Positions 20,289 through 28,988 of a DNA stretch of 64,000 nt are shown one piece after another. Each line of letters opens with the position of its first letter. The stretch's first letter is position 1. The stretch is from NCBI GenBank assembly GCA_963805975.1, contig CAWDVR010000001.1, positions 416,001 to 480,000 of the forward strand, read 5' to 3'. Origin of the DNA: an uncultured Acidobacteriota bacterium. GTDB lineage: Bacteria > Acidobacteriota > Thermoanaerobaculia > Multivoradales > SZUA-115. The notes under the pieces are model-generated. The model had not been told where the DNA came from. It made no database searches and saw nothing but the letters and a program-made list of their open reading frames with translations. A program made the translations under genes and the position numbers.

Positions 20289-23267
20289 CTACTCCACCAC
20301 GGCCGACCAGGCGCCCATCCCCCCGCTCTCGAAGCCGTCCTGGAAGATCAGGCCCGAAGGGAGGGTGGAGAACTTGCGGTCGACGCGCGTGGTGTTTCCC
20401 TGGCCGTCTCGCACCTCGACGCTGAGGGTGCGGCCGAAGAGCGGCGGCAGGGGCGAGCCCAGCGGAATCTGGTAGATGCCGTCGCCGATCTCCACCGCCA
20501 GGTCCTCGAGCTCGGCGCCCGCAGGCCGGCCGTTCACCACGAAGTCCGCCTTGACCGAGAGCGTCGCGAGATCGACGCCGGTGTAGGCGTCGGCGAGGCC
20601 GAAGCGCAGCGCGGTGACCGGCTGCGGGTTGTAGCCCGGCCGTGGCAGGGAGACCGCCACCGTGGGCCGATGGTCGTCGAGGAACCAGCCATGACCATTG
20701 GCCGCTGGCGGGCCGGACGCAGAGTCGAGATCTATCGGGCAGCCGAGATCGATCCAGCGCGCAAACAGCATCTTCTCGTCGTTCGAGAGCGGCGGCGCGC
20801 CGCTTCCCGGCGGCGGCATCATCGTGCCGCTGTAATTGAGGTCGGCGGCGTTGGCATCGGCGCCCGCCGGCAGCGTGGCGGGGTTGCCCGGCACGCTCTC
20901 CGTGGGGTGCTGGGCGTTGGTCCAGCCATCCAGGCGCTCGCCCCAGAGCTTCCACATCAGCAGGCTCCGCCGGCTCTGGAACATGCGCACGTAGCGGCTG
21001 GCGTTGGTCTGCCGCCAGATGCCGGCGGGGATGACTGGCCGGTGGCCCCACTCGGCGGCCTGGTCGTTGGCCAGGCGCCGGTAGTCGCCCGGCAGGCCGT
21101 CGTCGAGCGCGGTGTCCGAGAGCCGCAGGTTGCCGGGTGGGTTGCTCCCCGTGTGGCAGGAGACGCAGCTCCGCTGGAGGAGGGGGCGGATGTCGCGGTA
21201 GAACTCGACGTTGACCACCGGGGCCTGCACCACCCGCAGGCCGGGGTTGCCCAGGGCGTCGCGGGTGAGGAGCGGCGTGGTGCGTGCCAGGTCCCATACC
21301 TCGTAGCCCGGCTGGGCGGCGGCGGTGCTCTCGAAGGCGAGCGGCTGCTGGCTGTGCGCGTGGCAGCCGCCGCAGTTGGCGCGCATCTCGCCCGGCCGCA
21401 CCTGGTGCCAGGTCTGCGCCATGTTGAGCACCATGCCGCGGCGGTCGAGGGCCTGGAAGGTGAAGGGCGTGTCGGCGGGGATCTTGGCGAGGAAGCTCGT
21501 GTCCGGGTTGCCCTCGGGGTCGAGGAGCGGCGGGCCGCCGTTTGTCTTGCGCACCGGGATCTCGCCCAGGATGCGCAGCCGCTCGCCGGCGTGGCTCTCG
21601 AAGTGGCGGCCCTCGTGCGGGCCGTAGGAGCGGTGGGTGTTGGCCTCCATGGCCAGGAGCCGCACCGCCCAGATGTCGCTGTCCGAGTACTTGCCGGCGT
21701 CCGCGCCCTGCCAGACCCAGTTGCTGCTGTGGTCGTTCTCCGAAGTGTTGAACACGTCCAGGCCGTCGAACCAGTCGGACCAGGGTGTGATCCAGCCGGG
21801 AAAGCTCTCGCGCTTGTAGAGGCTGCTCGACCCTACCAGCCCGTAGGGTGTGCCGGCCGGCAGCTCCGTGTGCACCGTGCCGTCGTTGGGCAGCCAGGGG
21901 AGGTCCGCCGGCTGTGGCACGCCGTGCACGGCACTGTAGGGCACCAGGGCGCGCGGCCACGCCTCGTTGTAGGCCGGGCTGTTCTTGAGCAGCACCAGCT
22001 CGCCGGGGCTGTTGACGACGTCTCCGTCCGGCACCAGGTAGAGGCCGCCGTCGTACTGCGGCAGGGTCGTCGGGCGGTCGAGGTCGTTGGCTGGCCCCGG
22101 CGTCCAGACCACCAGCAGGTCGCCACCCGGCGCTCCCGAGGGATGTGTGAACTTGCCCACTCGCACCTGCCCGCCGCTGCCGACCGGCGCCGCCTCGTCG
22201 CCCGCGTGAGTGAAGGGGGTGATCGAGTGCATGCCGCGCGGCGTGAAGGGCATGCGGAAGGGATAGAGGAAGCCCTGGCCGACGGTCTGCTGGATCTCCG
22301 GGTTGTCCTCCGGGAAGGCGCCGTGGAAGGGCGGTGTCCCCGGCGGCGGCCTGACGGGAAAGCGGTAGAGCGCGCCGAAGCCGTTGTTGTTGAGGTTGTA
22401 GTAGTCGACCACCACCAGGTCGCCGCCCGAGAGCTGGGTCATGAAGTGGAAGGCCTGGGGACCGCGGAAGGCGGAGACCACCGGCTCCCACAGCCGCCCG
22501 TCCGGCCAGATCGCCCAGATGCCCCAGAGACGCGTGTCGCGGAGACCCTGATCCTCGTGGCTCGAGAAGGCGATGCGACCGTCCGCGAGGATCGTCGGGT
22601 GGAGCGCCGAGGACACGGTCATCGGCGCGATCGGCGTCACGTTGCCGCCGTCCTCGTCCATCACGAAGAGCTGGAGGGTGGGCGAGGTGAAGCCCTTCTG
22701 CGGCCAGAGGCCGTTGCGGTTCGAGGTGAAAGCCACCCTGCCGCCGGGGAGCGGGCAGGGGCCGGTGTTGAAGATGCCGTAGCCCAGCCGGTTGTACTGC
22801 GGCGCCGGGTCGAGCGGGTTGGTCACATCCCAGGTGCCGGCGCCGGTGTTGGGCGTGAACTCGCCGTGGGTCAGCTTCTCGACGACACGCGTGGGAACGT
22901 GGATGCGGAAGATGTCCGCACCGGCGTAGGGCAGCCAGTCGCGCTGGTAGTTGGACTGCTCCGGTCGCACGTCGTAGAAGAAGCTGTAGTAGACCCACTG
23001 GCCGTCGAAGGACACGAACGGATCGGTGACCGCGCCGTTGCCGCCCGCCACCAGGCGCTCCTCGCTGCCGTCCGGGTGGAGCAGCATCAGGTCTGCGCCA
23101 GGCTCCATCCGCGCCGGATGAAAGACCTCCGGCCAGATCGTCCCCTCCGTGTCGCCGAAGCGCGGCTGGCGCACGTAGACGATGTCGTAGGTCACGGCCG
23201 GCACGGCCTGGGCTGCGGCGGTCCACAGCACGGCCCACGCGAACCCAGCCCAGATCGTGCGTCTCAT
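20289..23267 (-). CDS. Secreted HzsA-related beta-propeller protein with two c-type heme motifs
   Basis: Signal peptide; DPFVSFDG, LPGGRVAFTSNR, DGRIAFS propeller repeats; IPADTPFTFQALD...VRPGE..NCGGCH; SCVSCH; C-terminal IFQDGFESG. Confidence 0.8.
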   Translation of the reverse strand: MRRTIWAGFAWAVLWTAAAQAVPAVTYDIVYVRQPRFGDTEGTIWPEVFHPARMEPGADLMLLHPDGSEERLVAGGNGAVTDPFVSFDGQWVYYSFFYDVRPEQSNYQRDWLPYAGADIFRIHVPTRVVEKLTHGEFTPNTGAGTWDVTNPLDPAPQYNRLGYGIFNTGPCPLPGGRVAFTSNRNGLWPQKGFTSPTLQLFVMDEDGGNVTPIAPMTVSSALHPTILADGRIAFSSHEDQGLRDTRLWGIWAIWPDGRLWEPVVSAFRGPQAFHFMTQLSGGDLVVVDYYNLNNNGFGALYRFPVRPPPGTPPFHGAFPEDNPEIQQTVGQGFLYPFRMPFTPRGMHSITPFTHAGDEAAPVGSGGQVRVGKFTHPSGAPGGDLLVVWTPGPANDLDRPTTLPQYDGGLYLVPDGDVVNSPGELVLLKNSPAYNEAWPRALVPYSAVHGVPQPADLPWLPNDGTVHTELPAGTPYGLVGSSSLYKRESFPGWITPWSDWFDGLDVFNTSENDHSSNWVWQGADAGKYSDSDIWAVRLLAMEANTHRSYGPHEGRHFESHAGERLRILGEIPVRKTNGGPPLLDPEGNPDTSFLAKIPADTPFTFQALDRRGMVLNMAQTWHQVRPGEMRANCGGCHAHSQQPLAFESTAAAQPGYEVWDLARTTPLLTRDALGNPGLRVVQAPVVNVEFYRDIRPLLQRSCVSCHTGSNPPGNLRLSDTALDDGLPGDYRRLANDQAAEWGHRPVIPAGIWRQTNASRYVRMFQSRRSLLMWKLWGERLDGWTNAQHPTESVPGNPATLPAGADANAADLNYSGTMMPPPGSGAPPLSNDEKMLFARWIDLGCPIDLDSASGPPAANGHGWFLDDHRPTVAVSLPRPGYNPQPVTALRFGLADAYTGVDLATLSVKADFVVNGRPAGAELEDLAVEIGDGIYQIPLGSPLPPLFGRTLSVEVRDGQGNTTRVDRKFSTLPSGLIFQDGFESGGMGAWSAVVE

Positions 23268-23365
23268 GCCAGCCAGTGTGCGCCGCCCCTCCGGCCGTCA
23301 CAATGGAGGAGTTCACAGCAGCTATACTCCTTCCCACATCTTCTGAAGTGGTTTTCAGGGAGCGC

Positions 23366-24980
23366 ATGGCCGATCCCCGGGTTTCAGGTCCCCCAGGTCG
23401 CCGCCGGAAGAGCTTCGTCCTGGAGCGAAACCGGCGGCTGTCGGAGAGCCTGCTCTGGCGGTTGCAGCGGAGCTTCTTCGAGAACCGCGGGGCACAGGCG
23501 TGGACGGCGGGCGTGGTGCCGCACTACGTCACCTCGAACCCCTGGATGGCGGACTCGTACGCCAAGGTGGTGCTCGGCTGGCTGCGGGACCTACGGCCGG
23601 AGCTCGACCCGAGCCAGCCGGTTCATATCGTGGAGCTGGGCTGCGGCTCCGGGCGCTTCGCCTATCACTTCCTCGTCCGCTTCTTCGATCTCCTCTCCCG
23701 CTCCTCGCTGTCCGAGGTGCCGGTGCGCTACGTGCTCACCGACTTCACCGACTACAACCTCGACGTGCTGCGCTCCCACTCCGCGCTCCAGCCTTTCGTC
23801 GAGGCCGGCCTCCTGGACTTCGCCCGCTTCGACGTGGTCACGGACGAGGAGATCGCGCTCAGCCACTCGGGCGAGGTGCTCGCGGCAGGAACGCTCGCCA
23901 ACCCGCTCGCGGTGATCGCCAACTACGTGTTCGACGGCATCCCGCAGGACTGCTTCACGGTGCGCGGCGGGCACCTCTACGAGAGCCTGGTGACCCTCAC
24001 CTCGCAGCAGAAGGAAGGTGACCTCGACGACCCGGAGCTGCTTTCCCGGCTCGAGCTTTCCTGGAAGCACCGCCCCGCGCAGGCCGGCTGCTACGGCGAC
24101 GAGCACCTGGACCGCATCGTGGCCGAGTACGGGGCGAGCCTGGACGAGACCTCGTTCGTCTTCCCGTCCGTGGGCTTGCGTTGCCTCGGAAACCTCGAGC
24201 GGCTCGCGGGGGGCCGGATGCTGCTGCTCTCCGCCGACAAGGGGTTCAGCAGTGAAGCCTCTCTCGCCGGCCGGAGCGAGCCGAGCCTGGCGCTCCACGG
24301 CAGCTTCTCGCTGATGGTGAACTACCACGCCATCGGCCGCTGGTTCGGGCACCGGGGAGGCGTCTTCCTGCCCTGTTCGCACGACTCGACCGTGCTCAAC
24401 GTCTCGGCGGCCTTTCTGGGAGAGCCGGCCGGCGGCTGGGTGGAGGTGCTCGTCGCCTTCGACGATGCCATCGAGCGCCGCGGCCCCGACGCTTTCTTCG
24501 CGCTCAAGAAGGGCATCGAGGAACACTACGCGGCCTTCGGCCTGGAGCGGCTCCTGGCCTGGCTGCGCCTCAGCGGATGGGACCACAACGTGTTCCTGGG
24601 ATGCCTGCAGGTGCTTTCGAGAAGGGGGCGAGCGCGGACCGGGAGCTCCGTCGAGGCCGTGACCGTCGCGGTGCAGCGGATCTGGGAGAGCGTACTTCCC
24701 GCTGCGCGAGACCGTCGACCTCGCCTTCCACCTCGGGCCTGCTGTCGACGACGGTCGAGCGCTGGTAAGAGGCGCTGGGCTTCTTCGAGCAGTCGCAGCG
24801 GCTCTACGGCGACACGGCGCCGACCGCGTACAACTGCGCCCTCTGCCTCCACCAGCTCGGTGAGCACGAGGCCGCCCTGGGGAGGTTGCGCGATGCCCTG
24901 GCGGCCGACCCGGCTTCAGCGCGGCCGAGGAGCTGCGCCGGGAGATCGAGGAAGAGGCACCATGCCCGACAGACCCCTGA
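23366..24980 (+). CDS. SAM-dependent methyltransferase (MidA/NDUFAF7-like) + C-terminal TPR; C-terminus disrupted by frameshifts and an in-frame TAA
   Basis: VELGCGSGRF and IANYVFDGIPQD motifs. Stitching frames after ~24690 gives YFPLRETVDLAFHLG.L...W*EALGFFEQSQRLYGDTAPTAYNCALCLHQLGEHEAALGRLRDALAADP.F..A (TPR), ending at TGA 24978-24980. Confidence 0.8.
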
Positions 24981-26319
24981 AGCGGCCCCAGCCACCGGCG
25001 GCGACCGTTGCCCAACGTCCGGTGGCCGCGCACGTCCAGGCGGCGGTGCGCGTGGCCCAGGCGAAGCCGGCCCCCGCCCCCGCCGGGGCGCCTCGAGCGG
25101 CCCACGTCCAGGCGACGATCCGTGTGGCGCAGACCAAGCCGGCCCCCATTCCGCCAGCCGCGCATTCACAGGCGGCGGTGCGGGCGGCGCAGGCGAAGGT
25201 GTTGCCCAGGACGCCGACGGCGCATGTGCAGAGGGCGGTGGGAGCAGCGCAGGTGCAGGTGGCCACGAGGCCGGCCCCGGCGAAGGCCGATTCCCGTCGC
25301 GTCGCGCCGCACGTGCAGGCGGCGGTGCGGGCGGCGCAGGCGAAGCTCGCCGGTCCGCCGGTCACGGCTCGCGCAGGCCACGTGGAGCACCTGCTCGGAC
25401 CCCTGCGATCGCCAGCTCCCGGGCGGCGGGTCGAGCATCAATCGTCCAACGGGCCAGGAAGTTCAACGACGCCGACTACGACGGGGGCGACGGTGACGAG
25501 GGGGGCGACGGCGAGACTTCGTCCGCGCCCCCACGAGGCGGCGGCCAGCGAGCTCGCGCCGAGCTTCGGCGGCCGCCCCGGCCAAGAAGGCCCCGAGCAA
25601 GACGAGTGCGGTTGCCGCCGCCGCTTCCTCGTCGTCGTCCTCGTCCTCTTCCAGCGTGACGAATGCTGCCGCCATCGCCGCCGCGGCGGCTGCCACGGAC
25701 TCGTCGTCCTCCTCCTCCGGGCCGTCAAAGCCAAAGGCAGGAAGAAACCCGGGGGGAAGAAGCGTGCGACCACGAAGCAGGAGGGCGACGCCGGGAACTT
25801 CAGCGCGCCAGAGAATGGGTGGTGGACAACCCACAGACCGGGGTGATCGTGCAGAAGATCACCCGGACGTTCGACGTAAGAAGAGTCAGCGACGACCATT
25901 TGATGACTGCGGCCGAGCTCGATGCCTACGTACCCAGCCCGAGCACGGTCTATGCGGGCGACACCGTCTACTGGGAGCTCTGGACCGTCGATGCCGAGGG
26001 GAACGTCAGCGATGGGGGCCAGGACACCTTTGGCCTGTGCTCGCTCATCCCGGATGCCGACGCGATCCATGCCTCGACGAAGGGCACCTTCAGGATGGTT
26101 GGATCAGCGACCTTCCATGTCACGACGGCCTCTCCAGCCGACTTCGGCTTCCGGCAGGGTGCGGTGGCCACGGCCGGCGACCTTTGGAGCACGACGGCAC
26201 AGCCTGCGGGCTTGCCGGCGGCAGCCTCGGGGCCGGTGACCTACACGGTGACGGTCACCTGGGACACGACCAGCAGCGAGAACAAGAAGCAGTGGGCGAG
26301 CAAGGTCGCGGAGAGCTAG
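24962..26319 (+). CDS. AHVQAA-repeat leader protein 1, unknown C-terminal domain (frameshifted)
   Basis: ATG 24962 preceded by GAGG; five AHVQAA..AQAK-type repeats; IVQR; Ser/Ala linker; C-terminal domain EWVVDNPQTGVIVQKITRTF...YWELW...DTF... in frame 25663..26319. At least three frame changes are needed to join them. Confidence 0.7.
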
Positions 26320-26479
26320 CTGGCCGGAGCTTCCAGGAGGGCCGTTCGGAAAAAGCGCGACGCTGAGATATCTCGTCCTCTCGCGGCAGTAGTTGGCTGA
26401 AGTGCAGTGATCTGCGCGCCGGCTCCCGGCTCACAGGTCCTTGCAACTCGGTCAACCCACTACCCCGGAGGACTCGATC

Positions 26480-26890
26480 ATGGCATCCGCAGCACCCAAG
26501 CCAGCGCAGGAAGCGAACCTCTTCGAGCTCAGTTGCGGCAGGATCAGCGTCACCTACAGCACGACCAGCTTCATCGGCCAGCCCCAGTTCAGCTACCGCG
26601 ACCCGAACCTCAACCTGAACTTCGTGGGCGACCAGATCCAGGTCGAGAAGACGAGCATCGGACGGCTGGTCTCCGTCACGCTGGAGGTCATCCCGGACCT
26701 GCGCACCGTGACCTTCACCGTCGTCCTGCCCGTGGTCCGGGTGCTGGCAGGCTCGGCCGGCATGGTGATCTCGGTGCCGGGTGTGCGGACGACCCACCAC
26801 ACTACGATCGCCGGGCCACCGCCCCTGGGCCCCGACAAGACCTACGAGGTCTGCGAGCTCAAGGGAACGGCGCAGCTCGTGGCCTTCTGA
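26480..26890 (+). CDS. Hypothetical beta-rich cytoplasmic protein
   Basis: GGAGG RBS; typical codon usage; ANLFELSCGRISVTYSTTSFIGQPQFSY...IGRLVSVTL; followed by a strong hairpin. Confidence 0.8.
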   Translation: MASAAPKPAQEANLFELSCGRISVTYSTTSFIGQPQFSYRDPNLNLNFVGDQIQVEKTSIGRLVSVTLEVIPDLRTVTFTVVLPVVRVLAGSAGMVISVPGVRTTHHTTIAGPPPLGPDKTYEVCELKGTAQLVAF

Positions 26891-26915
26891 GACGGTTCTC
26901 GGCAGAGCCTCTCGC

Positions 26916-26951
26916 CATCGCGGGGCTGCCTCTCGAGGCAGCCCCGCGATG
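26916..26951 (+). terminator. GC-rich hairpin after the 26480-26890 gene
   Basis: catcgcggggctgcctc-tc-gaggcagccccgcgatg: perfect 17-nt arms; no U-tract. Confidence 0.6.
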
Positions 26952-27095
26952 CACTCCGTCTCGACCGCCGCCACCAGCACCCTGCGGCTCCACAGCTTGC
27001 GGCGCGTATACTTCTCCCAGCGTTTCGCCAACTGTTCGCTGCCGACCGGCCTCCGCCGTTCTCGAGATGCTGAATGGCCGGTACGGGGTGAATCC

Positions 27096-28089
27096 ATGCC
27101 AGACCCGCCCTCCAGGCCACGAGCCGAGGCCCTCGACCGATCTAGGCCCGCCCGGCCCATCACGGCTCGGCCCGGGGCCGCTCACGTGCAGGCGGCCCTG
27201 CTCGCGGCGCAGGCCAAGCTCGCGACCCACGTCCGCCGGCCGCTCACGTGCGAGCCACCGTCGGCGCGGTGCAGGCGAAGGCACGAGTTCCCGCGCCCCC
27301 CGCAACTCACGTGCAGGCGGCCGTCACAGCGGCCCGAGGCAGAGGCTGGCACTCCGCCTCGTTCCGTGCCCGTGCAGGCGGCGCTGCGAGTCCCCGCAGG
27401 CCAGGGCCACCCCGGTCAGGCCGGCGACGGCCGTCCAGCGGGCCGCCCCGAAAGGAGGGGGGAGCGCAGCCAGCGCCGCCTCGCTCGTTGCTGCTGTGAG
27501 GAAGGATGACAAGGAAGCCAAGCACCTTCCGTCGTCGGCCGGAAGTGGAGCGAGCACCGCTCCGGCGCTGCTCGCTCAATACACCCTCAAGGCGGACAAG
27601 AAGGTCCAGATCCAAGTCTTCGGCAGTGGGAAATGGATCGAGGTGGTGGAAGTCGGCGCCACCAAGAAAAAATGCGCCGGAAAGCTGAGCTGGAAAGAGA
27701 AAGGCAAGAATTCATCGACATATATTGCGGATGAGGCGCTCATCCTCGACTCGATGTTCTCGCGACCCAAGGGTCTGGGTATCGGGGCCATCCTGGTTTA
27801 CGAGTACTCGTGTCTGGCGAAGAGTCTGGGCAGGTACTTTCTCGGTATAGACCTGGTCGCCGCTCAGGACGCTGCCGATGCGAGCCCGAGAGGCTTCTAC
27901 ACCAAGATGGGGTTCTGGGACACGCTCGATACGGCTGCTTTGAAGGGCGACGCCACCTTCCAACAGATGCCACCGGCGAGTCAGCAGACGGCTTTGCTCT
28001 CCATGCCGATGAGTGGTGCGACCGTCCTGGTGGGTCTGATGTCGGCGGCGTCCTGGTCGAAATTGTGGCTCAGGGAAGCCGGTTCCTGA
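27096..28089 (+). CDS. AHVQAA-repeat leader protein 2 with C-terminal GNAT acetyltransferase-like domain (frameshifted leader)
   Basis: MPDPPSR...GAAHVQAALLAAQAK, then in other frames AHVRATVGAVQAK and THVQAAV; AVQR; C-term RPKGLGIGAILVYE and RGFYTKMGF (acetyl-CoA binding motifs). Confidence 0.72.
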
Positions 28090-28126
28090 ACGGTCTTGCC
28101 GGCGAGATCGCGAAAGAGAGGTCTCG

Positions 28127-28948
28127 ATGCCCCATCGTCCTTCCAGCTCCAGCGCTCCACAAGGCGGCCAGCCGATCACCACCCGGCCCACGGCGGCCCA
28201 CGTTCAGGCGGCGCTCCTGGCGGCGCAGGCCAAGCTCTCCGTTGCGGTGCCGGCGCGCGACACGCGCGCCGCCCACGTGCAGGCGGCCGTCCGCGTGGCG
28301 CAGGCCAAGCCGGCCGCGGCGAGCCCCCACCTGCGAGGGCCATCGTCTCCTGCGCAACGACCACAGGCCGGCGCGGCAGCCGTGCAGCGGAGAGCCGCGC
28401 CGGCAAGTCCGCCTTCGAGGGTCCTTCAGCGAGCTTCGCAGAGCAGCAGCTCGGCCGCGGCCAGCTCCTCGGCCGCGGCTTCGACCAGCACCTCGGCTGC
28501 AGCATCGACCAGCAGCGCCGCCCCTGCCGCCGCCAGTGCGACGGATGAGAAAGCAACGACGAAAGCCGTCGCGTACGACACGGGCTGGATCATCTCCGGA
28601 CACGGGCAGGCCGTGAAGACTTCGGGCATCGCGGTGCCCGAAGGCTGCGCGGTCGTGCTCTTCAGCACCGAGTTCATGCCCTGGAAGATGGGAGACATGC
28701 TCCTGGACGCATTGGCGGCAGGCGGCGATGAGGTGATCAAGGCGTTCGTCACCCCGCATACGAGCTATGGGGCCGGAAAGCTGGCGCCCAACCTGGTGAT
28801 CGAGTTCACGACGGATTTCCGCAGCGGCATCTTCAAAGTGGGTGCAAAAGGCAAGGGGATCGCCAAGACCAGCGGGACCATGAACCTCTACGACCTGCTG
28901 TACACGCTGAAGCTCACGGGGACGATCTACTGGCTGGCCTGCCAGTGA
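28127..28948 (+). CDS. AHVQAA-repeat leader protein 3 with C-terminal GHG...WLAC domain ('putative adhesin Stv'-like)
   Basis: Intact ORF with GAGG RBS; two repeats; AVQR, VLQR; Ser/Ala linker; WIISGHG..VPEGCAVVLF...PNLVI...LYDLL...IYWLAC. Confidence 0.8.
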   Translation: MPHRPSSSSAPQGGQPITTRPTAAHVQAALLAAQAKLSVAVPARDTRAAHVQAAVRVAQAKPAAASPHLRGPSSPAQRPQAGAAAVQRRAAPASPPSRVLQRASQSSSSAAASSSAAASTSTSAAASTSSAAPAAASATDEKATTKAVAYDTGWIISGHGQAVKTSGIAVPEGCAVVLFSTEFMPWKMGDMLLDALAAGGDEVIKAFVTPHTSYGAGKLAPNLVIEFTTDFRSGIFKVGAKGKGIAKTSGTMNLYDLLYTLKLTGTIYWLACQ

Positions 28949-28988
28949 GACCACGAGCCTGACCTTCGGCGAGCGCGGAGGGAGCCCC

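Noticed and set aside
20289-23267. True hydrazine synthase (anammox)
   Set aside because: No hzsB/hzsC or hydrazine dehydrogenase nearby; only domain-level resemblance.
19204-23367. 1387-aa minus-strand ORF
   Set aside because: Only the last 121 aa (from ATG 19569) are protein-like; the rest is an off-frame read of the RDD and HzsA-like genes.
23276-25846. 856-aa single ORF fusing the methyltransferase to the AHVQAA repeats
   Set aside because: The frame reads nonsense between ~24690 and 24960 and after ~25400. The TPR lies in other frames and ATG 24962 has its own RBS, so the fusion is a frameshift artefact.
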